Source: an uncultured Phycisphaerae bacterium (lineage in GTDB: Bacteria; Planctomycetota; Phycisphaerae; UBA1845; DATKUK01). Taken from it: a DNA stretch of 47,464 nucleotides. The stretch spans positions 1 through 47,464 of the forward strand of contig CBFCZG010000001.1 of assembly GCA_965602375.1 (NCBI GenBank), written 5' to 3'. A program made the position numbers and the translations under genes. Below the pieces are notes generated by a model, which was not told where the DNA came from, ran no database searches, and saw only the letters and a program-made list of their open reading frames with translations. Below are positions 35,543-43,704 of the stretch, piece by piece (the stretch's first letter is position 1; the number at the start of each line of letters is the position of its first letter).

Positions 35543-36913
35543 CTATTCATCGGAGGTTGGCTCGTCCGACTCGGGTAACTGCAACTCGCGCGGCGAGCGG
35601 TGGATCGGCTCGACTGTGGGCAGTTCGCTCTTCACCGAGACCCCGAGCTGCTTGAACCGCCTGATACTCGGGAACACTCGTGACTCCAGCGATCCGACCG
35701 CATTGTCGAACGCCGTGACGGCACGAATCAGCCCGGAGCGAGCATCGCTGAAGTGTCCCGCAAAGACGCGGATTCGCTCGTAAAACTCCTGGGCGATCCT
35801 GGCCACTTCCTGGGCGTTGCGGGTCATCTGTTCCTGCTGCCAGCCGTACGCCACCGACCGCAGAAGGGTGATCAGCGTCGTCGGCGTGGCGAGCACCACG
35901 CGATGCTGCATGCCGTACTCGATGAGATCCGAGTCGCATTCCAGCGCCGCGCTGAAGAAGCATTCGCCCGGGAGAAATAGCACAACCAAATCCGGGGTCG
36001 GTGAAAACTGCGCCCAGTAGTTCTTGCTGCCGAGCTTGGTCAGATGGTCACGGACCTGGCGGGCGTGTCGCGCCAGAGCCGTCTGTCGGCTCGACTCGTC
36101 GGCTGCTTCGACGGCTTCGAGGTAGCCGGCCAACGGAACCTTGGCGTCAACCACGATCTCCTGCCCGGCGGGGAGCTTGACGATCATGTCCGGACGCAGA
36201 CGCCCGCCCTCATCCGTCGCGGACACCTGCTCGACGAAATCGCAATGCCGGCTCATGCCCGCCAGTTCGACGGCGCGGCGGAGAGTCAGCTCGCCCCAGC
36301 GCCCGCGAACCTGTGGGGTCCGCAACGCCTGCACCAGGTTGCCCGTCTCGCGCTGTAGCTCCTGCTGCGTGCTGCCGATCTGACCCATCTGTTCGCGCAA
36401 CTGCCCGTAGGCTTCCTGACGAGCCCGCTCGATCTGACGGAGATTCGTTTCGTATCGCTGGAGCGTCTCGGTCAGCGGCTTGACGAGGGCGTCGATATCC
36501 TTCTGACGCTGACCGAGATCGCCCTTGGCCTGGGCCAGGACGGTGTTGAACGTCTGCCTGGCCAGATCGAGAAAGCTCTTCTGGCTGTCCTGAAGGGCGC
36601 TGCCGGCCAGTGCTTTGAACGTATCGCTGAGCTTTTGCTGCGCCTCATCGAGCAGTCTTCGCTGTTCGGCAAGATTCCGCTCCTGCTGTTCGAGGCGAGT
36701 CTGGGCCTCGACCCGGGTGCGAACCTCCTGGTCCAGGCTCGTCCGAAGTTGAGCGAGTTGCTCCTCCAGGCCCGTACGCTGTTCGCGGAGTTGCTCGGTC
36801 TGCCACCGCGCGCCGGCCGCACGACTTCGAGCCCACGACCAGGCCAGAAGCGCGCCGGCCGCGAACCCGCCAACGGCAGCCACGACATACCCAATCAGAG
36901 AATCGGACGGCAT
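35543..36913 (-). CDS. rmuC: DNA recombination protein RmuC
   Basis: N-terminal transmembrane segment, long coiled coil, then the RmuC nuclease-like core (IVVDAKVPL...YWAQFSPTPDLVVLFLPGE...VVLATPTTLITLLR). Trimmed to ATG 36913. Confidence 0.9.
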   Translation of the reverse strand: MPSDSLIGYVVAAVGGFAAGALLAWSWARSRAAGARWQTEQLREQRTGLEEQLAQLRTSLDQEVRTRVEAQTRLEQQERNLAEQRRLLDEAQQKLSDTFKALAGSALQDSQKSFLDLARQTFNTVLAQAKGDLGQRQKDIDALVKPLTETLQRYETNLRQIERARQEAYGQLREQMGQIGSTQQELQRETGNLVQALRTPQVRGRWGELTLRRAVELAGMSRHCDFVEQVSATDEGGRLRPDMIVKLPAGQEIVVDAKVPLAGYLEAVEAADESSRQTALARHARQVRDHLTKLGSKNYWAQFSPTPDLVVLFLPGECFFSAALECDSDLIEYGMQHRVVLATPTTLITLLRSVAYGWQQEQMTRNAQEVARIAQEFYERIRVFAGHFSDARSGLIRAVTAFDNAVGSLESRVFPSIRRFKQLGVSVKSELPTVEPIHRSPRELQLPESDEPTSDE

Positions 36914-37052
36914 CGTCCACCCGCCAAGACGTCGATCCAACCAGCTTATAGCTCGTACCACGCAATCACAAGCAGGTAGCCGGACGCGTGTTGTCGCTGC
37001 CGACACATCAACGCGGCGTCAGCGTTGAGTCGACGCACCGGCCCGCTGCGCC

Positions 37053-38042
37053 CTACTTGCGGGCCGCCTGTCGTTCCTGCTCGTCCAGCGCTTTGTCGGG
37101 ATACCAGTCCCACATCGAGCATGGCAAGGCCATACCGTCCAGCGCTTGACGCGAGATGCGGTCGAGTTTCTCGTATACGTCGCGGGGCATCTGTACCTCG
37201 CTGGCGGCGGTATTGCCGCGCACCTGATCCGGTTTGCGGGCGCCAACCAGGGCAGAGGTGACCCCCTCGGTCGATAGCACCCACTGAATAGCTAACTGCG
37301 ACAGGGCTACGCCCTGCGCGTCGGCAATCGGCTTCATCTGCTCGACCGCGCCCACGCAGCGCTCGTAGGCCTCGGGAATTTGGAACAGCACGTTTCGGCC
37401 CTCGTCCGGCGCGGGGCGGTTCTGCCGGTTATACCGCCCGGTCAGCAGGCCCTGCGCCAGCGGACTATACGGCAGCACACCGATGTTGTGTTGGCGGCAG
37501 TAGGGCAGGATTTCGCCCTCGATCTCACGCCACAACAGGCTGAACGGCGGCTGAAGCGAGACAATGTTGCCCCCCGAGCGCACCAGGTCCATCTGTTGGC
37601 AGTTGAAGTTGGATACCCCGATGTGCCGGACCTTGCCCTCCTTCTGGAGCTTGACCAACTCCGCCATGCTTCGGTCCATCGGCACCTGTCGCGTGGGCCA
37701 GTGAATCTGGTACAGGTCGATGTAGTCCGTGCCCAGTCGTGCAAGGCTGGCTTCACAGTGAGGGCGAATCTGCTCGACCGCCAGGTTGCCTGCCGAGATT
37801 TTGGTGGCGATGAGGGCCTCGTCGCGCCGGTCGGCCAGCGCCTTACCGAGAATCTGCTCGCTGCGGCCTCGTCCGTAACCCTCCGCCGTGTCGAACAGGT
37901 TAATGCCGCAATCGAGGGCGGCGTGGACGGCGGCGATAACCTCGGCTTCGGTCGATCCCCAGTGCCCGGTATCAAGCTGCCAGCAGCCCATGCCCACCAC
38001 CGATACGTGCAAGTCAGAATCTCCAAGCCTGCGTTTCTCCAT
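37053..38042 (-). CDS. Aldo/keto reductase
   Basis: LGMGCWQL..., FDTAEGYG, IDLYQIHWP, IGVSNF and LLPYSPLAQGLLTG are classic AKR motifs. Confidence 0.9.
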   Translation of the reverse strand: MEKRRLGDSDLHVSVVGMGCWQLDTGHWGSTEAEVIAAVHAALDCGINLFDTAEGYGRGRSEQILGKALADRRDEALIATKISAGNLAVEQIRPHCEASLARLGTDYIDLYQIHWPTRQVPMDRSMAELVKLQKEGKVRHIGVSNFNCQQMDLVRSGGNIVSLQPPFSLLWREIEGEILPYCRQHNIGVLPYSPLAQGLLTGRYNRQNRPAPDEGRNVLFQIPEAYERCVGAVEQMKPIADAQGVALSQLAIQWVLSTEGVTSALVGARKPDQVRGNTAASEVQMPRDVYEKLDRISRQALDGMALPCSMWDWYPDKALDEQERQAARK

Positions 38043-38081
38043 TGTCTGATGACTCCTACGGTTGCGGCCGCACCGGCCCGC

Positions 38082-38849
38082 CTATCGTTCTTGCGTTCCC
38101 TCTTGCCGTGCCTTCTTGAGGGCGGCGATCCGATCGCGAAGTTCCGCGGCCAATTCGAACTGCTCGCTACGGACCGCCTCGTTCTTTTCCTGCTCCAAAC
38201 GCTCGACCTGGTCGAGTGGGCGCTGCTTTTCGATCGCCTTGGTCAGTTCGTCCAGAGCGTCCAACGACCGCTGCCGCTCGGTCTGGAACACCTCGTCCTC
38301 CATCTCCGCCAGATCGCTGATCAGATCGCGTGCGGTCCGAACGGCCTGTCGAGCCCCCTCGAAGTCACCGGCCCCCAGACACAGCAACCCGCGGGCGGTG
38401 TGATGAATGCGAAGGATGTAAGGCCACCACTTCTCGAGGCGGTTGCAGTCGTCCTCTTCGGCGGCGTAGCGGTTCACAAAACGAAACAGACGCATGTTCC
38501 GCTCGGTGTCGCGGATGACGCGCTGGAAGTCCTCGAGTTGCAGCAGCACGACGTACCGCTGGTAGACCATGCCGCTTTCCTCAAACAGCTCTTTGGCTTG
38601 CTCGGCGGAGAGCCGCAGTTCGGGATCCTGTTGCACTCGTTGCTGCCAATAATCCAGCGCGAATTCGCAGTCATGCGGCCGGACCCCGTCCGGGCGGCCA
38701 TCGCATTCGAATTGCAGAATACCGTGGTAGCTCTGTACGCAGACGCGTATCTGCACTCTCTCGCGCCCGTCGTCCCCGACGACCTTGCGAAACCGCGTCG
38801 CCTCATCCAGCGGCCAGTCGCGCAGAATCGAAGAAATATCCTGACTCAC
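38082..38849 (-). CDS. UvrB/UvrC-motif (UVR) containing protein, otherwise uncharacterised
   Basis: 255-aa ORF. The C-terminal NEAVRSEQFELAAELRDRIAALK is a UVR motif. I do not recognise the N-terminal roughly 200 aa. Confidence 0.7.
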   Translation of the reverse strand: MSQDISSILRDWPLDEATRFRKVVGDDGRERVQIRVCVQSYHGILQFECDGRPDGVRPHDCEFALDYWQQRVQQDPELRLSAEQAKELFEESGMVYQRYVVLLQLEDFQRVIRDTERNMRLFRFVNRYAAEEDDCNRLEKWWPYILRIHHTARGLLCLGAGDFEGARQAVRTARDLISDLAEMEDEVFQTERQRSLDALDELTKAIEKQRPLDQVERLEQEKNEAVRSEQFELAAELRDRIAALKKARQEGTQER

Positions 38850-39053
38850 GTTCGAGCCCCTTCACACAGACCCGCCTCAGTGGCCATTGTATGCAGGATC
38901 GCAGCGCTGCCAACCTTTCGATGAGCAGGCCGGCAAAAGGCCCCTCACCGTGGTGTAGAGACCACCTGTCGCCTCGATGCTAACGCGGCCTCTTTCCGCT
39001 AGGATAGTCGCCGACGGCGGGAACGACAGAGCTTGCCAGCGAGTGCGAACTGA

Positions 39054-40178
39054 ATGACGCCCAGGCAGCGATATATCGAGACGCTCACCTTCGGCAGCCC
39101 CGACAGGATCCCCTTCCATGCCGGCGGCGGACGCAAGTCGACCCGGGCGCGATGGCACAAGGAGGGGCTTCCCGAGGCGAAGAACCCTATTACTCATGTG
39201 ATGGAACTTCTCGGCATCGAGCCCGATCGCACCGAGCCGCCCGTCAGTCTGGACGCGGATTTCCGAATGATCCCGCAGTTCGAGGAGGAGGTCCTCGAGC
39301 ACAAGAACGGTCATTACGTCGTGCGTGATTGGAAGGGCAACATCTGTGAGATCTCCGACCAGTACGATGTGACCTATCTGCGCCAGGCCATCGATTTCGT
39401 CACGAGGCGGTGGATCAGCTGCCCCGTCGAGACGCGCGACGACTGGGAGCAGATGAAGACGCGGTACGACATCGACGCACCCGGGCGGTTCCCCGCCGAT
39501 TTTGCCGTCCGGTGTGAGATGGCCAGGCAGCGCAATCATGTCCTCGGCTTCCGATTCTCCGGGCCGTTCTGGCAGATGCGCGAGTGGTGCGGCTTTGAGG
39601 GGCTGTGCATTCTCATGGCCGAGCAGCCGGAGTTCGTCGACGAGATGGCCGAGTTCTGGAGGGACTTTGTTTCACGGATGCTCGATCGCATTCTTGCGCG
39701 CGTCGTGCCCGACTCGGTCGGCTTCAACGAGGACATGGCCTATAAGGCCAAAGCGATGATCTCGCCCGAGATGACCCGCCGGTTCTGCAAACCAAGCTGG
39801 GACTGTTGGACGCACCAACTTTGCTCGGCGGGCGTGCCGCTGATCGATATGGACAGCGACGGCTTCATCGGCGAACTGATCCCGATCTGGATCGAGTCGG
39901 GTATCAACGTCTGCGACCCGATCGAAGTGGCCGCCCATAACGACATCGTGGAGTTCCGTCGCCGCTTCGGGCACCAGATGGCCTACACCGGCGGGGTGGA
40001 CAAGCGAGCGATGGCCAAAGGCGGACACATTCTGCGCGAGGAAATCAGACGCATCGAGCCGGTGGTTCGAGACGGCGGCTACATTCCGGGTTGCGACCAC
40101 GGCATACCCGCTGACGTGTCCTGGCAGAACTTTGTCGATTACTGCCGCCTGTTGGCGCAGATCACCGGATGGCTCTGA
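39054..40178 (+). CDS. Uroporphyrinogen-decarboxylase (URO-D) superfamily protein, MtaA-like
   Basis: The N-terminal MTPRQRYIETLTFGSPDRIPF and the overall TIM-barrel-like pattern ending in GGYIPGCDHGIP match URO-D/methyltransferase-like enzymes. Substrate unknown. Confidence 0.75.
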   Translation: MTPRQRYIETLTFGSPDRIPFHAGGGRKSTRARWHKEGLPEAKNPITHVMELLGIEPDRTEPPVSLDADFRMIPQFEEEVLEHKNGHYVVRDWKGNICEISDQYDVTYLRQAIDFVTRRWISCPVETRDDWEQMKTRYDIDAPGRFPADFAVRCEMARQRNHVLGFRFSGPFWQMREWCGFEGLCILMAEQPEFVDEMAEFWRDFVSRMLDRILARVVPDSVGFNEDMAYKAKAMISPEMTRRFCKPSWDCWTHQLCSAGVPLIDMDSDGFIGELIPIWIESGINVCDPIEVAAHNDIVEFRRRFGHQMAYTGGVDKRAMAKGGHILREEIRRIEPVVRDGGYIPGCDHGIPADVSWQNFVDYCRLLAQITGWL

Positions 40179-40243
40179 CCATGGTTGCCTTCGGTCCGGC
40201 AGACGGAACAACCTTCCTGCTTTGCAGGAGGGGATGACACGCA

Positions 40244-41038
40244 ATGGCAGCAACGCCCGCCCTGGAGGTATGCCGGGTCAGTCACACGGTGGACGGCAGG
40301 CGCATCCTTGATTCGGTGCAGTGGACGATCGAGCAGGGCGATCGATGGGCCATGCTCGGGCCCAACGGTGCCGGCAAGACAACCCTATTGCGCCTGCTGT
40401 GCGGGTACATCTGGCCCGACCCGGGCGGTCAGATTCGCCGGCGAGGCGAGCGACTGGTCGACCTGCGGCAACTCCGACGCAGCATCGGCTGGGTTACTTC
40501 GACGCTGGCGGGCCAGATCCCGCCGCGCGAGACCGTGGTGGACACGGTGCTTTCGGGCCGGTACGCCCAGGTCGGCCTGACGCCCGTTCAGTGGGAAAAG
40601 CCCAGTCGCGACGACCGATCGTGCGCCAAGGAGCGTCTGCGACAGTTCGGCTGCGAACACCTCACCGCCCGGCCCTTCGGCACACTCTCGCAGGGCGAGC
40701 AGCAGAAGGTCCTGATCGCCCGCGCCCGCATGGCCGAGCCGTGGGCGATCCTGCTGGACGAGCCCTGCGCCGGCACCGACCCCGGCGCCAGGGAGCGGTT
40801 TCTCGGGTGGCTTCAATCGCTGGCCGAGAACGCCGACGACCTGACACTCATCCACGTCACGCATCATGTCGAGGAGATCATGCCCGCCTTCGACAACACG
40901 CTTGCCCTCAGCCGAGGGCGCGTCGTGCGGGCAGGACCAACGCCCGATGTGCTGACCCCGTCCGTGCTCCAAGAGCTCTACGGTGTCCGCTTCGACCTCA
41001 TTCGCCGCAACCGGCGGTACTGGCCCATTCGCCCGTAG
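40244..41038 (+). CDS. Orphan ABC-type ATP-binding protein (ModF/YlmA-like)
   Basis: Walker A GPNGAGKTTLLRLL, signature LSQGEQQKV, Walker B ILLDEPCAGTD, H-loop VTHH. No permease is adjacent. Confidence 0.85.
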   Translation: MAATPALEVCRVSHTVDGRRILDSVQWTIEQGDRWAMLGPNGAGKTTLLRLLCGYIWPDPGGQIRRRGERLVDLRQLRRSIGWVTSTLAGQIPPRETVVDTVLSGRYAQVGLTPVQWEKPSRDDRSCAKERLRQFGCEHLTARPFGTLSQGEQQKVLIARARMAEPWAILLDEPCAGTDPGARERFLGWLQSLAENADDLTLIHVTHHVEEIMPAFDNTLALSRGRVVRAGPTPDVLTPSVLQELYGVRFDLIRRNRRYWPIRP

Positions 41039-41084
41039 GCCGATCGCATGACAACCGGCCTACGGCCCATGCAACGCCAGTCAC

Positions 41085-41507
41085 CTATCTCTTCTTCTTC
41101 GTCGTCGCTGCAAGCAGATGCGCAACCGTCACTCTGGCCAGTGATCCCTCGGCGGCAGCGGCCGCATCCCGAAAGATCGTCGTCAGACCCTGACGCAACG
41201 CCCTCGGAACCCGCAAGCCGGAAATCGTACCGCGAATATCGCTCACGCCGCCGACGGCATTGATCACCTCGAGGACCGTCACCTTACGAGGGTCGCGCGC
41301 CATGTAGAAGCCGCCCCTCGGTCCACGCTTGGAGCGTAGAACCTTCCGGGCTGCCAAAAGGCTGAGGATCCTGGCAAGATAGGCCACCGGCAGACCGAAC
41401 GTCTCAGCGAGCTGGCTGGCCTGGACGCCCTGCTGACCCTTGGGTTGCTGGCGTGCGATCTCGGTAACCGCCAAAAGAGCATACGTCGGCGACTTCGGTT
41501 GCAGCAT
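41085..41507 (-). CDS. Rrf2-family transcriptional regulator
   Basis: MLQPKSPTYALLAVTEIAR...ASQLAETFGLPVAYLARILSLLAARKVLRSKRGPRGGFYMA is the Rrf2 winged HTH. GGAGGA precedes ATG 41507. No Cys triad is evident, so it is probably not an Fe-S sensor. Confidence 0.85.
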   Translation of the reverse strand: MLQPKSPTYALLAVTEIARQQPKGQQGVQASQLAETFGLPVAYLARILSLLAARKVLRSKRGPRGGFYMARDPRKVTVLEVINAVGGVSDIRGTISGLRVPRALRQGLTTIFRDAAAAAEGSLARVTVAHLLAATTKKKR

Positions 41508-41772
41508 CTCGTTCCTCCACTCGTAACAGGAAAAGGCCGCCGCGCCCGGGCACTCCCCGCCGCTCGGCGCTGACCGAAGCCAATGGTACCGACAAACCAA
41601 TTCGCAAACAAGTGCGGACCGATAACGGAGGCTTTTTTTCGCCGTCGACCACCTTGTTGCCGATGTCGCGGCCAGGATCTTGGCGACTACTGGCCCGAGC
41701 CTAACTGAACGAGTAGAATTATGTTGGCAAATGAGACCCAGCGGTGTCTGGGCAGTGAGGTGGACGTCGCCC

Positions 41773-41845
41773 GGGGGCGTAGCTCAGTCGGTAGAGCAGC
41801 GGCCTTTTAAGCCGTGGGTCACAGGTTCGAGCCCTGTCGCCCCCA
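41773..41845 (+). tRNA. tRNA-Lys (anticodon UUU), CCA not encoded
   Basis: Hand-folded cloverleaf. Acceptor GGGGGCG/CGCCCCC, D arm GCTC-AGTCGGTA-GAGC, anticodon arm GCGGC-CTTTTAA-GCCGT, variable GGGTC, T arm ACAGG-TTCGAGC-CCTGT, discriminator A. Confidence 0.93.
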
Positions 41846-42127
41846 AGTTACCTGTCAGTCTGCGGTCCGCACACACCCAACGACGGCAAGTGTCTTCTAT
41901 AAAAGCACTTACGTCTGTCGGCCCAGTGTAGGTCGCGCGTTCAGGCCAGCACGTGTCCAATGAGCCCTGGCACACGCAGCTGTCGGCGCGCGTGGCTGCG
42001 ATGGCATCGACTCGTGCGTTCGCCAACTTTGATCCGATCCCCTTCACGGCTATCTTGATGGACAGCTTCACCGGAGTACGATAGCCCAACCGTTCTGATG
42101 TGCGCCCTGGACACGGTGGGCATCGAC

Positions 42128-42946
42128 ATGCCAACCACACCGAAACTAACAGTCCACACTGGCGCCAAGGCCTGGGACACGATCTGGAAATGGAGGTGGT
42201 TTGCCAGGCCCCAATGGCAAACCCAATTCCGCAAGCAGAGGGAAGGCACGCGCCGAGCCCTGGCGTCGCTGCTGGGGAAGCTGGACGTTCGGTCGGTCCT
42301 CGATTGCTCATGTGGCCTGGGTTCGAAGACCATCCTCCTGGCCGAGATGGGGTACGAGGTCGAGGGGTCCGACGGTAGCGCCTTCGCCGTCAAACGAGCC
42401 GCCGAGCTTGCAACCGAACAGGCTCATAATATCCGCTTCTTCCGCGCGCGGTGGGCAACGCTCGGCAAAGCCGCCGGCCGCAAGTACGACTGTATCTACA
42501 ATGATTCATTCGCATTGATCACAACGCGGCGTTCCCTTAAGGCGGCCGCTAGAGGCATCGGTTCGGCACTTAAGCGTGGGGGCAAGTTCGTCTTTACGGG
42601 TGCCGATCAATGGTCAAAAGATTCCGACAGAAGCCGGTTGATCGAAGAGCAATTCACGCAGCAAGGGCCCTTTGAAGTCCTTCCTTTATACGAGTGCGAC
42701 GGCGTCAGGCTGACAGTGATCGTCGCTCGCGAAAAAACGCCCGATGGCGTGCTGGGCAGCCGCGTGCATATCATCGACGACCACGGCTCGGTCCGCGTGG
42801 AGGTCGCTCGCGTGCTCGACGCCTGCAAGTGGACCTGGACAGACTACAATGACGTCCTGCGATCAGCCGGTTTCAGCGAGCTGTATAGCGTCAGGGAGAA
42901 GGGCCTCGGCTCCGAGCCCCACATCTTCAATGTTGCAGTGAAATAG
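42128..42946 (+). CDS. Class I SAM-dependent methyltransferase
   Basis: Motif I VLDCSCGLGSKTILLAEMG, motif post-I EVEGSDGS, then DCIYNDSF and GGKFVF. Trimmed to ATG 42128. The sequence is visibly AT-richer than its surroundings. Confidence 0.8.
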   Translation: MPTTPKLTVHTGAKAWDTIWKWRWFARPQWQTQFRKQREGTRRALASLLGKLDVRSVLDCSCGLGSKTILLAEMGYEVEGSDGSAFAVKRAAELATEQAHNIRFFRARWATLGKAAGRKYDCIYNDSFALITTRRSLKAAARGIGSALKRGGKFVFTGADQWSKDSDRSRLIEEQFTQQGPFEVLPLYECDGVRLTVIVAREKTPDGVLGSRVHIIDDHGSVRVEVARVLDACKWTWTDYNDVLRSAGFSELYSVREKGLGSEPHIFNVAVK

Positions 42947-43002
42947 GCACACCGAGAACCGCGCCGCCCCTGCCGTAGGAGTGTGGCTGTCCGACGGGCC
43001 CG

Positions 43003-43383
43003 CTACTCCGTTTTGTCGAGCTCGAACTGGACACCGACGCGGTAACCACCCGCTGAGGGAACCGTGTGAACCACGCGGGCGGGCACCCACGGGAAATCGT
43101 CGCCCTTCTCGGCCTCCCGCAGAAGGATCTGTGCCCCGATCGGCAGGACCCCGCGACAGACCAACCCCACCCCGCCCTCGCTGACGTCGTGGGCGGCGGC
43201 GACCAACCGTTGCTCGCTACCGCCTTCTAATCTCACGATCACTTCGACGGTAGCCGGCCAGGGATATCGCAGGGATCGCCGTCTTCCCAGGTACTCATCG
43301 GCCACACTGGCAGAGGCCGCACCCGCGACCCACGCAGCGACCACGCTACCCGGATCCTGTGCCACCATCCGATCTTCGTTCAT
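43003..43383 (-). CDS. PilZ-domain protein (paralogue of 14420-14809)
   Basis: RxxxR (RRSLR) and DxSxxG (DVSEGGVG). Trimmed to ATG 43383, which follows GGGAGG by 6 nt. This gives 126 aa, matching the 129-aa paralogue. Confidence 0.75.
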   Translation of the reverse strand: MNEDRMVAQDPGSVVAAWVAGAASASVADEYLGRRRSLRYPWPATVEVIVRLEGGSEQRLVAAAHDVSEGGVGLVCRGVLPIGAQILLREAEKGDDFPWVPARVVHTVPSAGGYRVGVQFELDKTE

Positions 43384-43704
43384 CGCCGACCTCCCAACCG
43401 AGCAAGCCGGCCCTACAGCCGTGCCCCACGTGGTTGCCAGCAGCTGTCGACCCAGCCCGCGTACCTTTCCTCTACCCAATATCGGTAAGCAAGCGCAGAA
43501 GCTCCAACTCGTTCGCACAGCATCCAGGAATGGCAAACCACCCCTGTTGCCAGGACCAAGCTGGCCGAAGCGAGTAGGGACCTTCAAGCGGCAACGGCAC
43601 GACCCGCGGGTTCTTAACGCCCGTGCTCGCCTATCCCTTTCGCCAGAAGTAAGTTACGTCCAAAACCGATCGGGCGTAGCCACGTCCTACACCAGCCGGC
43701 CGCA

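Noticed and set aside
37380-38924. 514-aa plus-strand ORF
   Set aside because: It runs antisense across two well-supported minus-strand genes (the aldo/keto reductase and the UVR-motif protein) and the gap between them. No motifs.
41784-42393. 175-aa and 150-aa minus-strand ORFs downstream of the tRNA
   Set aside because: One of them runs antisense through the tRNA gene itself. Both overlap the methyltransferase 5' end, and neither has motifs or a ribosome-binding site.
41773-43002. Integrated mobile element at tRNA-Lys
   Set aside because: There is no integrase, recombinase, or phage or plasmid gene. I found no direct repeat of the tRNA 3' end downstream. Only the compositional oddity of the methyltransferase remains, and that is reported as a low-interest finding.
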